DNA of 53,336 bases from Patescibacteria group bacterium (GCA_022562395.1 JADFPI010000003.1:1-53336); one strand, 5' to 3'. Shown: positions 1-6,290, numbered from the stretch's first letter. Made by a program: numbers and translations. The notes: generated from the letters alone by a model not told the origin.

Positions 1-61
1 ACCTTACCCTCATCAGTTCAACCTGAACAATATCCTCAAATGCCTCTAAAATCTTTGACAT
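1..61 (-). CDS. 5' part of a hypothetical protein running off the left edge (MSKILEAFEDIVQVELMRVR...)
   Basis: ATG at 61-59, open to the window edge; TATAAT 7 nt upstream, as for neighbouring genes. Confidence 0.4.
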   Translation of the reverse strand, partial: MSKILEAFEDIVQVELMRVR

Positions 62-83
62 AGAACTTATTATAATTTTAGAG

Positions 84-94
84 CTGGGGAGCCA
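84..94 (+). repeat. Array repeat core only (CTGGGGAGCCA), tRNA-3'-end-like
   Basis: Matches the GGAGCCA core of the downstream repeats and lies between two genes. Confidence 0.45.
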
Positions 95-106
95 GTTGGA
101 ACTTAA

Positions 107-613
107 TTAGTCCTTTTCCAGCAGAAGCCGTACTTGTTTGTCTGTTGGGGTTTCCAGTTCAATTTTTTGCCAAATCCACTGCATATCATCCCTGGCCTCA
201 TCATTAATTTCAAACTGCAACGATTTCATGTCAACTGTGGTGGCGTTGGCCAACAGTTGCATGGAAGCCTGTTCGTCTGGTGTAAGGTTTGGGTAAATAG
301 CTACTCTGAAAATACCAATAAGATTGCTTAATCTTTGTCTGGTGTGGGGCGGAAGCTCGGGCCCAGTCTCTATACTAATGGCAAGCAACCTCTCATAGAC
401 TATCTGCTCTGTGCTGGCCTCCTCATACAAAGGGTATTGCTTAGCTCTTTCAATGTGTTCTGGGTCTAGAAATTCTGCTAACCAAAACTGATTCTCGCGC
501 TCATAGCGAGCTTCTATTCCTGTATCTCCATAAGCTTCTATTCCCTTTTCAGAAGGGTCCTCGGGGTTGTGTCTCCTGTCTGGTAAATAACATGGTCTAC
601 CCTCAATTGGCAT
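107..613 (-). CDS. Hypothetical protein (cassette cargo)
   Basis: Long ORF; ATG at 613 lies 8 nt after TAGTATAAT; no motif recognised. Confidence 0.65.
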   Translation of the reverse strand: MPIEGRPCYLPDRRHNPEDPSEKGIEAYGDTGIEARYERENQFWLAEFLDPEHIERAKQYPLYEEASTEQIVYERLLAISIETGPELPPHTRQRLSNLIGIFRVAIYPNLTPDEQASMQLLANATTVDMKSLQFEINDEARDDMQWIWQKIELETPTDKQVRLLLEKD

Positions 614-639
614 GATGCGCAATTATACTATAAGTTGGT

Positions 640-732
640 AATAAGTTCTAACATCATCCATCAGACGGAGCCACACATTTTTAGCCTCAGATTTGATATA
701 TCCCAGATGGACGTTTGAACCTTTGGTATACT
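640..732 (+). repeat. Array repeat R1: left arm + GGAGCCA core + right arm ending in an extended -10
   Basis: AATAAGTTCTAACATCATCCATCAGACGGAGCCA-CACATTTTTAGCCTCAGATTT...GAACCTTTGGTATACT; homologous to the copies at 991, 1723, 1841, 2454 and 3031. Confidence 0.9.
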
Positions 733-738
733 TCAAAT

Positions 739-996
739 ATGCTCACAATTGCTGCAGTTATTGGTTTTCTTACTGTTGCACTCTCTATTCTTGTAAAAGT
801 GATAGGATTCCCTGACCAAATTAGGAAAAACTTCAAACGTAAATCTACGGAGGGTCTTTCAACATATTTTTACGTTTTGTGGACAACGCACGGGTTTTTT
901 CAAAAAGACAGGGTATTGATTCTTGGATAAGGACTTGGGATTGTTACAACAGGAATAATCTTGTACCAAATTTTTCTTTACCGAAATAAGAAATAG
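739..996 (+). pseudogene. SemiSWEET/PQ-loop family transporter pseudogene
   Basis: GFPDQIRKNFKRKSTEGLS PQ-loop motif; in-frame TAA at 928-930, after which the frame continues as GLGIVTTGIILYQIFLYRNKK to TAG 994-996; TM2 looks shortened. Confidence 0.75.
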
Positions 997-1051
997 GTTC
1001 TAACTTCATAGTTCGGTTTCACTCACTATTTACAATCCATCAGGCGGAGCC
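991..1051 (+). repeat. Array repeat R2 with a small palindromic insertion (1008-1029)
   Basis: AAATAGGTTCTAACTTC[ATAGTTCGGTTTCACTCACTAT]TTACAATCCATCAGGCGGAGCC. Confidence 0.85.
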
Positions 1052-1665
1052 TCTATTTTGTTAGCTATGAAATCTAGTACTTTTTTAATTCCTTTTTCGG
1101 GGTAAGGAATAATAATGTCGGCATATTTTTTAGTTGGGTCTAAATAAGTATTCCATTGTTTAGATATGATTTTCCATCTATTCAAGATCCGTGTCTTTGC
1201 GGTTTCATATTCTTCAGTCCCCTTTTGTTTGGAAGCTAGATCTCGCTTTAGTCTTCTTTCTAAACAAATATTGTCAGGGACATCAATAAACACTTTTATA
1301 TCAATCAGGTCTCTGATATCTTTATCCCAGAAAGTTAAAGTACTTTCGACTAAGATAGTTGGTGCCGAACGATATGATTTTGGTGGTCTGTTTAATTTAG
1401 ATTTTCGGTAAAAATTATTAATTGGAAACACGGCCTTTTGACCTTTCTTCAATTGAGAAAGCCCGGTCTTAAGTTCTTCAATAGCTTGGGATTCCAATGT
1501 GCTTGGGTCCTTACAGTTAAAATCTGCAGAATTAACTAAGAATTTATCTATGTCTATATGTATGGATTTATTTTTACCTAATGCTTTGTGAAGTTCTTGT
1601 GCGAAAGTTGACTTTCCGCTACAGCTCCGCCCCGCTATGCCAATAATTAAAGAGTTTTCGTGCAT
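1030..1665 (-). CDS. Uridine kinase/phosphoribulokinase-family P-loop kinase
   Basis: IIGIAGRSCSGKST Walker A, DIKVFID, RRLKRD, PTKKYADIIIP; C-terminal EAPPDGL* is encoded by repeat R2. Confidence 0.8.
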   Translation of the reverse strand: MHENSLIIGIAGRSCSGKSTFAQELHKALGKNKSIHIDIDKFLVNSADFNCKDPSTLESQAIEELKTGLSQLKKGQKAVFPINNFYRKSKLNRPPKSYRSAPTILVESTLTFWDKDIRDLIDIKVFIDVPDNICLERRLKRDLASKQKGTEEYETAKTRILNRWKIISKQWNTYLDPTKKYADIIIPYPEKGIKKVLDFIANKIEAPPDGL

Positions 1666-1722
1666 AATTTATTATTAACACACATTGTTAACGTAATTCT
1701 AACAGAGCATCAATAGGCATAA

Positions 1723-1755
1723 AAATAGGTTCTAACTTTGTTCATTGTGTGGAAC
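1723..1755 (+). repeat. Array repeat R3a (degenerate)
   Basis: AAATAGGTTCTAACTTTGTTCATTGTGTGGAAC aligns without gaps to the repeat consensus. Confidence 0.7.
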
Positions 1756-1761
1756 TTTTAT

Positions 1762-1869
1762 CTAGTCATTTAGCGTGAGTAGTTCTTTGGTTTGTTGCAT
1801 GATAACTTCAGGGTAATCTATTATTTCTAACCAGTTTATAGTTCGAAAATCGTCCCATCCGCCGAGCCA
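1762..1869 (-). pseudogene. Orphan C-terminal fragment, possibly of a site-specific recombinase (WLGGWDDFRTINWLEIIDYPEVIMQQTKELLTLND*)
   Basis: Open 35-codon frame starting in the repeat core with no start codon; same register as the WLRLMDDVRT tails of other copies; recombinase identity is recollection/inference. Confidence 0.45.
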
Positions 1870-1928
1870 CACATTTTCAGCCTCAGATTTTACCGACCTC
1901 AGTAGGACGATAGAACCTTTGGTATAAT
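1841..1928 (+). repeat. Array repeat R3b: variant left arm + core + full right arm with TGGTATAAT
   Basis: GTTCGAAAATCGTCCCATCCGCCGAGCCA-CACATTTTCAGCCTCAGATTT...GGACGATAGAACCTTTGGTATAAT. Confidence 0.85.
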
Positions 1929-1935
1929 TTCTGCT

Positions 1936-2451
1936 ATGACAAAGATTAAATCCTACAGATCCCCAAAAACTGAAGTTCGGGAAGAAGCTGTTGCAGGGAA
2001 AGGATTATTTGCTAAAGAAAACATCTCAAAGGGTGAAATTGTTTTTGTAAAAAGTGGACATATAGTCAATAAGAAAGACGCACTGAGATACGACAAAGAA
2101 TTAGGTGAATATAGCTTGCAAATAACTGAAGGTCTTTTTTTGTGCCCTACTACAAAAGGAGAGGTAGAAGATACAGCTATTTTTATTAACCATTCTTGCG
2201 ATCCAAATGTTGGGCCCGATGGCCAAATTACTTTTGTGGCTCTAAGAGACATAAAGGTTGGTGAAGAGCTTTGTTATGACTACGCAATGACTACGGACTA
2301 CGATTACAAGCTGGAATGTAAAGGTGGCAACAGGTCTTGTAGAGGAGTTGTGACGGGCAAAGACTGGCAACGGAAAGATTTACAAGAGAAATATGGTAAT
2401 CATTTTACCTATCATATTCTGAAGAAAATAAAATCTAGACGGAGGAAGTGA
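1936..2451 (+). CDS. SET domain protein (lysine methyltransferase fold)
   Basis: GKGLFA, FINHSCDPN, GEELCYDY and a post-SET-like C..G...CRG. Confidence 0.9.
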   Translation: MTKIKSYRSPKTEVREEAVAGKGLFAKENISKGEIVFVKSGHIVNKKDALRYDKELGEYSLQITEGLFLCPTTKGEVEDTAIFINHSCDPNVGPDGQITFVALRDIKVGEELCYDYAMTTDYDYKLECKGGNRSCRGVVTGKDWQRKDLQEKYGNHFTYHILKKIKSRRRK

Positions 2452-2453
2452 GG

Positions 2454-2487
2454 AAATAGGTTCTAACATCGTCCATCAGGCGGAGCA
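2454..2487 (+). repeat. Array repeat R4
   Basis: AAATAGGTTCTAACATCGTCCATCAGGCGGAGCA, starting 3 nt after the SET stop codon. Confidence 0.9.
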
Positions 2488-2520
2488 AAATCTAGACCCG
2501 TTGTGGTCTATGTTTTGCTC
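2483..2520. terminator. Long hairpin directly after the R4 core (terminator-like)
   Basis: GAGCAAAA-TC-TAGACC-CGTTGT-GGTCTA-TG-TTTTGCTC. Confidence 0.5.
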
Positions 2521-2544
2521 TCTGTGGTTTGTGAGAAGTTACCT

Positions 2545-2604
2545 GTAGGTTCGGATACGCGAAGCGGAGAAAGCGGAGGAACGAGTAATCCTACCCGGGG
2601 AGCA
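2545..2604 (+). pseudogene. tRNA(Asn-like) 3' half with an insertion in the T-loop
   Basis: GTAGG-TTCG[33-nt insert]AAT-CCTAC-CCGGGGA-G-CA: T-stem, 7-nt acceptor strand and G discriminator; no D or anticodon arm found. Confidence 0.6.
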
Positions 2605-2702
2605 CTTCGATTTGCTACGCTTCACTCAGTGCAGGCGTGGCGAATTGCAGCTTTTTTGGTAGGATGAGAAATTTACACTGAGCGAGCGCAGTGAGTCGAA
2701 CG
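2605..2702. repeat. Inverted pair of REP-like elements (TTCGA..CT.CGCT..CTCAGTG family)
   Basis: 2605-2636 CTTCGATTTGCTACGCTTCACTCAGTGCAGGC versus the reverse complement of 2671-2702, CGTTCGACTCACTGCGCTCGCTCAGTGTAAAT. Confidence 0.6.
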
Positions 2703-2722
2703 TGAGTCCTATCGCCGGAGCA
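2659..2722 (+). pseudogene. Second tRNA(Asn-like) 3' remnant, T-loop disrupted by a REP-like element
   Basis: GTAGG...GAGT-CCTAT-CGCCGGA-G-CA. Confidence 0.5.
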
Positions 2723-2725
2723 ACT

Positions 2726-3001
2726 TTATTCTATGCTGAACATTAAGGCATCTGTGCCCGCACCAGTGAGTTTTGGAGTGGAAATGCTAAATCCCATTCT
2801 TACGGTGCGTCCCTGGTTTGTATCTTGAAGGTACTTTAATGCCGCCATAGCCTCTTCTACTGTTATTCTGTCCCTTTTATAGAAATTTTTTTCCCCTGCT
2901 CGTGTAACAATAACAATATCTTCTTGCCCTTCAAAAGGAGATCTCTCAAACGATAGTGACGAGATTAGTTTTTCTATATCAGGAGCGCCTTTTGATTCCA
3001 T
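2726..3001 (-). CDS. Hypothetical protein (cassette cargo)
   Basis: 91-aa ORF fills the interval between the core ending at 2722 and R5; TGGTAAAAT upstream. Confidence 0.6.
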   Translation of the reverse strand: MESKGAPDIEKLISSLSFERSPFEGQEDIVIVTRAGEKNFYKRDRITVEEAMAALKYLQDTNQGRTVRMGFSISTPKLTGAGTDALMFSIE

Positions 3002-3030
3002 TTTTTGTAAAGATGCACTATTTTACCATA

Positions 3031-3119
3031 AAACAGGTTCTAACTTCATTCATCAGGCCGAGCCAATTTCTTAACCTCAGATTTTGATAATCGGAAAAGG
3101 TAGGCTTCTTTGCTAGAAT
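3031..3119 (+). repeat. Array repeat R5 with right arm and extended -10
   Basis: AAACAGGTTCTAACTTCATTCATCAGGCCGAGCCA-ATTTCTTAACCTCAGATTTT...TGCTAGAAT. Confidence 0.85.
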
Positions 3120-3125
3120 CAAGGT

Positions 3126-3437
3126 ATGGATAAAATCATAATTTTTATAGTTGGTGTCTTGGTGGGTGGGTTTTTAGTCTGGGTAATAAAGAGAAGAAAG
3201 AGCGGCTTTGCGGCCTTCAATCTTAAAAGGCAGCAGGCAAAAAAGGAGGGAAAAAAGAAAATACTGAAATTATTGAAAGATAAAACAAGTATTTCTAACA
3301 ACGATGTCGAGAGACTACTTAGTGTTTCTGATGCAACGGCGACCAACTACCTTCAGGAGTTGGAAAACGAAGGCAAAATTGTCCAAATTGGTAAAACCGG
3401 CAGATCTGTTTCCTACAGCCTCAAAATAAACGGCTAA
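3126..3437 (+). CDS. Membrane-anchored winged HTH protein (DeoR-like HTH)
   Basis: N-terminal TM helix; ISNNDVERLLSVSDATATNYLQELENEGKIVQIG. Confidence 0.75.
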   Translation: MDKIIIFIVGVLVGGFLVWVIKRRKSGFAAFNLKRQQAKKEGKKKILKLLKDKTSISNNDVERLLSVSDATATNYLQELENEGKIVQIGKTGRSVSYSLKING

Positions 3438-3458
3438 CACTATAGTATTAGCCGTTTA
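3427..3458. repeat. 32-bp near-perfect palindrome over the HTH gene stop
   Basis: TAAACGGCTAACACTATAGTATTAGCCGTTTA, one mismatched pair. Confidence 0.8.
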
Positions 3459-3471
3459 CGGTAAAACTAAA

Positions 3472-3502
3472 CCACACATTTTTGGCCTCAATATGGTATA
3501 AG
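3472..3502 (+). repeat. Array repeat R6 (right arm only) plus -10-like element
   Basis: CCACACATTTTTGGCCTCA-ATA-TGGTATAAG, 7 nt before the aquaporin ATG. Confidence 0.65.
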
Positions 3503-3509
3503 TATCCAA

Positions 3510-4100
3510 ATGAAAAAGAAATATATTGCGGAATTTATCGGTACATTTACGTTAGCTCTTTTGATTGTACTTTCCGCAAATAATTCATTGATGCCAACGC
3601 CGTTGATTGCTGGATTGACTTTAATGCTGCTTGTCTACCTCATTGGAGCAATTTCGGGTAGCCATATTAATCCTGCGGTAACCATTGGTTTATTATCAGT
3701 TAAAAAAATCTCTGGCAAAGAGTCGCTAAAATACATAGTTTCGCAAGTATCGGGCGGTCTCACTGCACTTGCTTTAGTGTCTATGTTTGGATTTGCCGTC
3801 AGTTCTCCAGGGGCAATAAGAATGGAGCTTTATTTCTTTGAATTTCTAGGAATGGGGCTATTTACTTTTGGGATAGGGTTTATAGTTTTTAATAAAATCA
3901 ACACAGCTTTTGACGGGGTGATCATCGGCCTGTCACTTCTTTTAGGAATTCTTATTTCGGTTTATGGCGGTGCAGCTGGAATACTTAACCCTGCAGTTGG
4001 CATAGCACTTAAAACAACTTTTGTAGAGTATTATATTGTTCAGTTTCTTGGTGGCGTTGCAGGCTTTCAATCAGCAAAATACTTATATAATTCTAAATAA
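3510..4100 (+). CDS. Aquaporin/MIP family channel
   Basis: AEFIGTF, SGSHINPAVT and LNPAV (two NPA motifs). Confidence 0.9.
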   Translation: MKKKYIAEFIGTFTLALLIVLSANNSLMPTPLIAGLTLMLLVYLIGAISGSHINPAVTIGLLSVKKISGKESLKYIVSQVSGGLTALALVSMFGFAVSSPGAIRMELYFFEFLGMGLFTFGIGFIVFNKINTAFDGVIIGLSLLLGILISVYGGAAGILNPAVGIALKTTFVEYYIVQFLGGVAGFQSAKYLYNSK

Positions 4101-4259
4101 ACCAACCCACCTTCATCGCGGGCAAGATGATATTTCCTATTTGGATTTATCCGGTGATTAGAAGTTAACTTAGGCAATAAGCCTAACTCCACTTACTCAT
4201 TCCCTAATTTCAATCTCTTCATTGTATGTCGTTAAAATAGAATCTGGTAGAATTTCATT

Positions 4260-4589
4260 ATGGCTCAACCGTATTTAGACCAGCTCAAGAAATTAGTAAA
4301 GGATGCTGGGCAAGAGAAGCTAGAGTGTAAGCATTTTTTTAGCGGTGCCGCTTGCTATACAGATGGTAAAATATTTGCTTCACTCACGTCCAAAGGTTTT
4401 GCCTTAAAGCTACCTGAAAAGGCGAGAAGTAAACTTATTAGGCAGCGGGGTAAAGCCCTTCGGTATTTCCCAAAAGCTCCGGTTAAAAAAGACTACGTTG
4501 TGTTGACAAAGGAAATGGTGAAGAATGCTGAAACTTTTAAGAAGCTGATAAAAATAAGTATGAAATATGCACAAACTAGAAAAACTTAG
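4260..4589 (+). CDS. TfoX/Sxy N-terminal domain protein
   Basis: KHFFSGAACYTDGKIFA...FALKL...KKDYVVL pattern. Confidence 0.7.
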   Translation: MAQPYLDQLKKLVKDAGQEKLECKHFFSGAACYTDGKIFASLTSKGFALKLPEKARSKLIRQRGKALRYFPKAPVKKDYVVLTKEMVKNAETFKKLIKISMKYAQTRKT

Positions 4590-4607
4590 ACTAACGATAG
4601 TTTAAGG

Positions 4608-4805
4608 CTATTTTTTCTTCTTCTCTTCCTTATTTTTGCGCCAACCGCCCCAGCAGCAAAGGCATCTTTTTCCAAAAAAAGCCGAGACACCAAATGCAAT
4701 TATTAAAAGCGGCCAAAATATGCCCCAGACATTACTTGGCAAGTAGCCTAGGTTGCTAAGTAACCAGATTCCGCCTACTATTATTAAAAACAAGCCCCAA
4801 AACAT
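4608..4805 (-). CDS. Small membrane protein (DUF5668/LiaF-TM-like)
   Basis: GLFLIIVGGIWLLSNLG...WPLLIIAFG; GGGGGTGA SD upstream. Confidence 0.7.
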   Translation of the reverse strand: MFWGLFLIIVGGIWLLSNLGYLPSNVWGIFWPLLIIAFGVSAFFGKRCLCCWGGWRKNKEEKKKK

Positions 4806-4880
4806 TGTTTATCACCCCCTAATACAACTTAAGTATATTATATTAGCTCTGACTTTAATAATAACCCGCCCTGGAGGAAT

Positions 4881-5045
4881 CTAGTTTTGCCGCTTCCAGG
4901 CGAGGATGAAGCCTGCTAGCGCTCCTAAGGTGCTAAAGATAATCGAAGAGATTGAAATTAAGCCCGCACCCCACAGTTTTGGTATGTAGGCTCCGATTGT
5001 CGAACCGATAAAGATGGCGATGTAAATAACTACCTTTGAAGACAT
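4881..5045 (-). CDS. 54-aa membrane protein, absent from the ORF track
   Basis: MSSKVVIYIAIFIGSTIGAYIPKLWGAGLISISSIIFSTLGALAGFILAWKRQN*; TAGAAT 5 nt before the ATG. Confidence 0.6.
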   Translation of the reverse strand: MSSKVVIYIAIFIGSTIGAYIPKLWGAGLISISSIIFSTLGALAGFILAWKRQN

Positions 5046-5090
5046 AAGCTATTCTACATCCTTAAAACCCGTTGCGGGAGTTAAGTATTT

Positions 5091-6068
5091 CTAGCAGCCT
5101 TCGTATGTTCCCCCGCAGGAGTGACATCTGTAACCTGCTGATATGACTGAGTTTATTGGAGTTCCGCAGTTTCCGCAGCTTACAACGTGTTTTGCAGATT
5201 CAGAACTAATTATGGCTTGGGCAAAAGTCTTATCAAAAATACCCAAGTTTGCATCTTGTAGACTTTTTAAGGCTTCCTGATTGGAAATTCCACAACTTCC
5301 ACTTGCTTGGAGAAGTATTCCGGAGGCTGCTAATTCGGCCTCCATCATTGCGCCGGCCGTCATATAATCGTAAGCCCTCTCCGCTGCCAGAATTAGATTG
5401 TAATATTTTTCAACTACCGGTTTTGCTAAGCGCTTCATTTCCTCTTTTGCCCTAATATCGTCTGCCCCCCTTACTTTTTCCCAAATTTTTGGCTCGTCAA
5501 TTAGTCCTTCGAGATATTCAAACCAAGTTAAACTTTCAGGAGGGTTGAAAAAGACAGGGGAAGCCCTAAGTTTATTGGAAGAGCCAACCTCGGCAAAATT
5601 TTTGTCTGAAGTGCTAGCTATTTCTTTGGCAAGATTTGCACATTCACTTTCAGAATAAGGCAGGCAGAAGGCTCGATATAGTACTTCTGTGTTGCCGTTG
5701 TCACCTTTTGTTTCATAAACCATTAGGCGGGCTTCCGAGTAGCCAAACTCGCTGCTCGGTGGACTTATCCAGGCTAAATTTTTGGATTGCTTCTCTCTCG
5801 CCCAGCGCTCGATAATCAGAAAACCGTGGTTTTCTAAATAATCCGACTTGGTATCCCAACGCAGCTTAACTTTATTTCCCAAAGTATCGTAAAGATGCCC
5901 ATCTTCGTTAAGATAAAGAACTCCTGTGTTTATTCTTTCTTCCGGCGGAGACTCTCTTTGCTCAATTGAAGCAGCGGCAAAATCCTCAACGGTTCTTTCT
6001 ATTGCCTCGCCAATTAATTCATCTTCTTTGGGAAGCCAGTTTCTTGTATCTAGTGCAAGTCTTTCCAT
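5091..6068 (-). CDS. Hypothetical protein with C-terminal Zn-ribbon (CxxC...CxxC), riboswitch-preceded
   Basis: 325-aa ORF with AGGAG SD; SCGNC...RCHSCGGTYEGC. Confidence 0.75.
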   Translation of the reverse strand: MERLALDTRNWLPKEDELIGEAIERTVEDFAAASIEQRESPPEERINTGVLYLNEDGHLYDTLGNKVKLRWDTKSDYLENHGFLIIERWAREKQSKNLAWISPPSSEFGYSEARLMVYETKGDNGNTEVLYRAFCLPYSESECANLAKEIASTSDKNFAEVGSSNKLRASPVFFNPPESLTWFEYLEGLIDEPKIWEKVRGADDIRAKEEMKRLAKPVVEKYYNLILAAERAYDYMTAGAMMEAELAASGILLQASGSCGISNQEALKSLQDANLGIFDKTFAQAIISSESAKHVVSCGNCGTPINSVISAGYRCHSCGGTYEGC

Positions 6069-6109
6069 TTTTCTCCTGCTCGGAATATCCCGCCTAAGGC
6101 GGGAAGAGA

Positions 6110-6290
6110 TTGCTAGTTTTCTGGCTTCCGTCCTTCGCGTAAAGCTTCGGAACGGTTACAGTTGCGGCACAGCTGGGGATTTACACCCCATTCCTTTACC
6201 CCAAGAGAGATAGCTAAAGCATCTCACGGGGTAGCCCGTTTGATACTTGCTAAAGCAAGTTATCTAACCGGGCAACACAATCTCTAGCAA
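6110..6290 (-). ncRNA. Cobalamin (B12) riboswitch
   Basis: Minus strand: P1 TTGCTAG/CTAGCAA, AAAGGAATGGGGTGTAAATCCCCAGCTGTGCCGCAACTGTAA and B12-box GGAAGCCAGAAAAC. Confidence 0.85.
6197..6273. repeat. REP-like palindrome doublet, copy 1 (inside the riboswitch)
   Basis: TACCCCAAGAGAGAT..ATCTCACGGGGTA + GCCCGTTTGAT..ATCTAACCGGGC; inverted homologue of 6706-6779. Confidence 0.85.

Noticed and set aside
2517-2604. Intact or intron-containing tRNA using GCTCTCT as the 5' acceptor strand
   Set aside because: No D arm or anticodon arm can be built between 2524 and 2544, and GCTC belongs to the preceding hairpin; only a 3' half is supported.
640-3065. Classical integron/attC array (TCTAAC resembles the R'' box, and R5 resembles the start of aadA-type attC sites)
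   Set aside because: No intI in the window; cargo genes lie in both orientations with their own promoters; there is no consistent GTTRRRY R' box; the conserved part ends in a tRNA-like GGAGCCA and shows codon-like conservation. Not fully excluded without IntegronFinder.
640-3065. CRISPR array
   Set aside because: Spacing is irregular (about 120-730 bp), intervals contain whole genes, repeats are degenerate and there are no cas genes.
4205-4961. 16-bp inverted match TAATTTCAATCTCTTC (4205-4220 versus about 4946-4961) as invertible-segment ends
   Set aside because: One copy is inside a coding sequence, the match is AT-rich and no invertase is nearby; probably chance.
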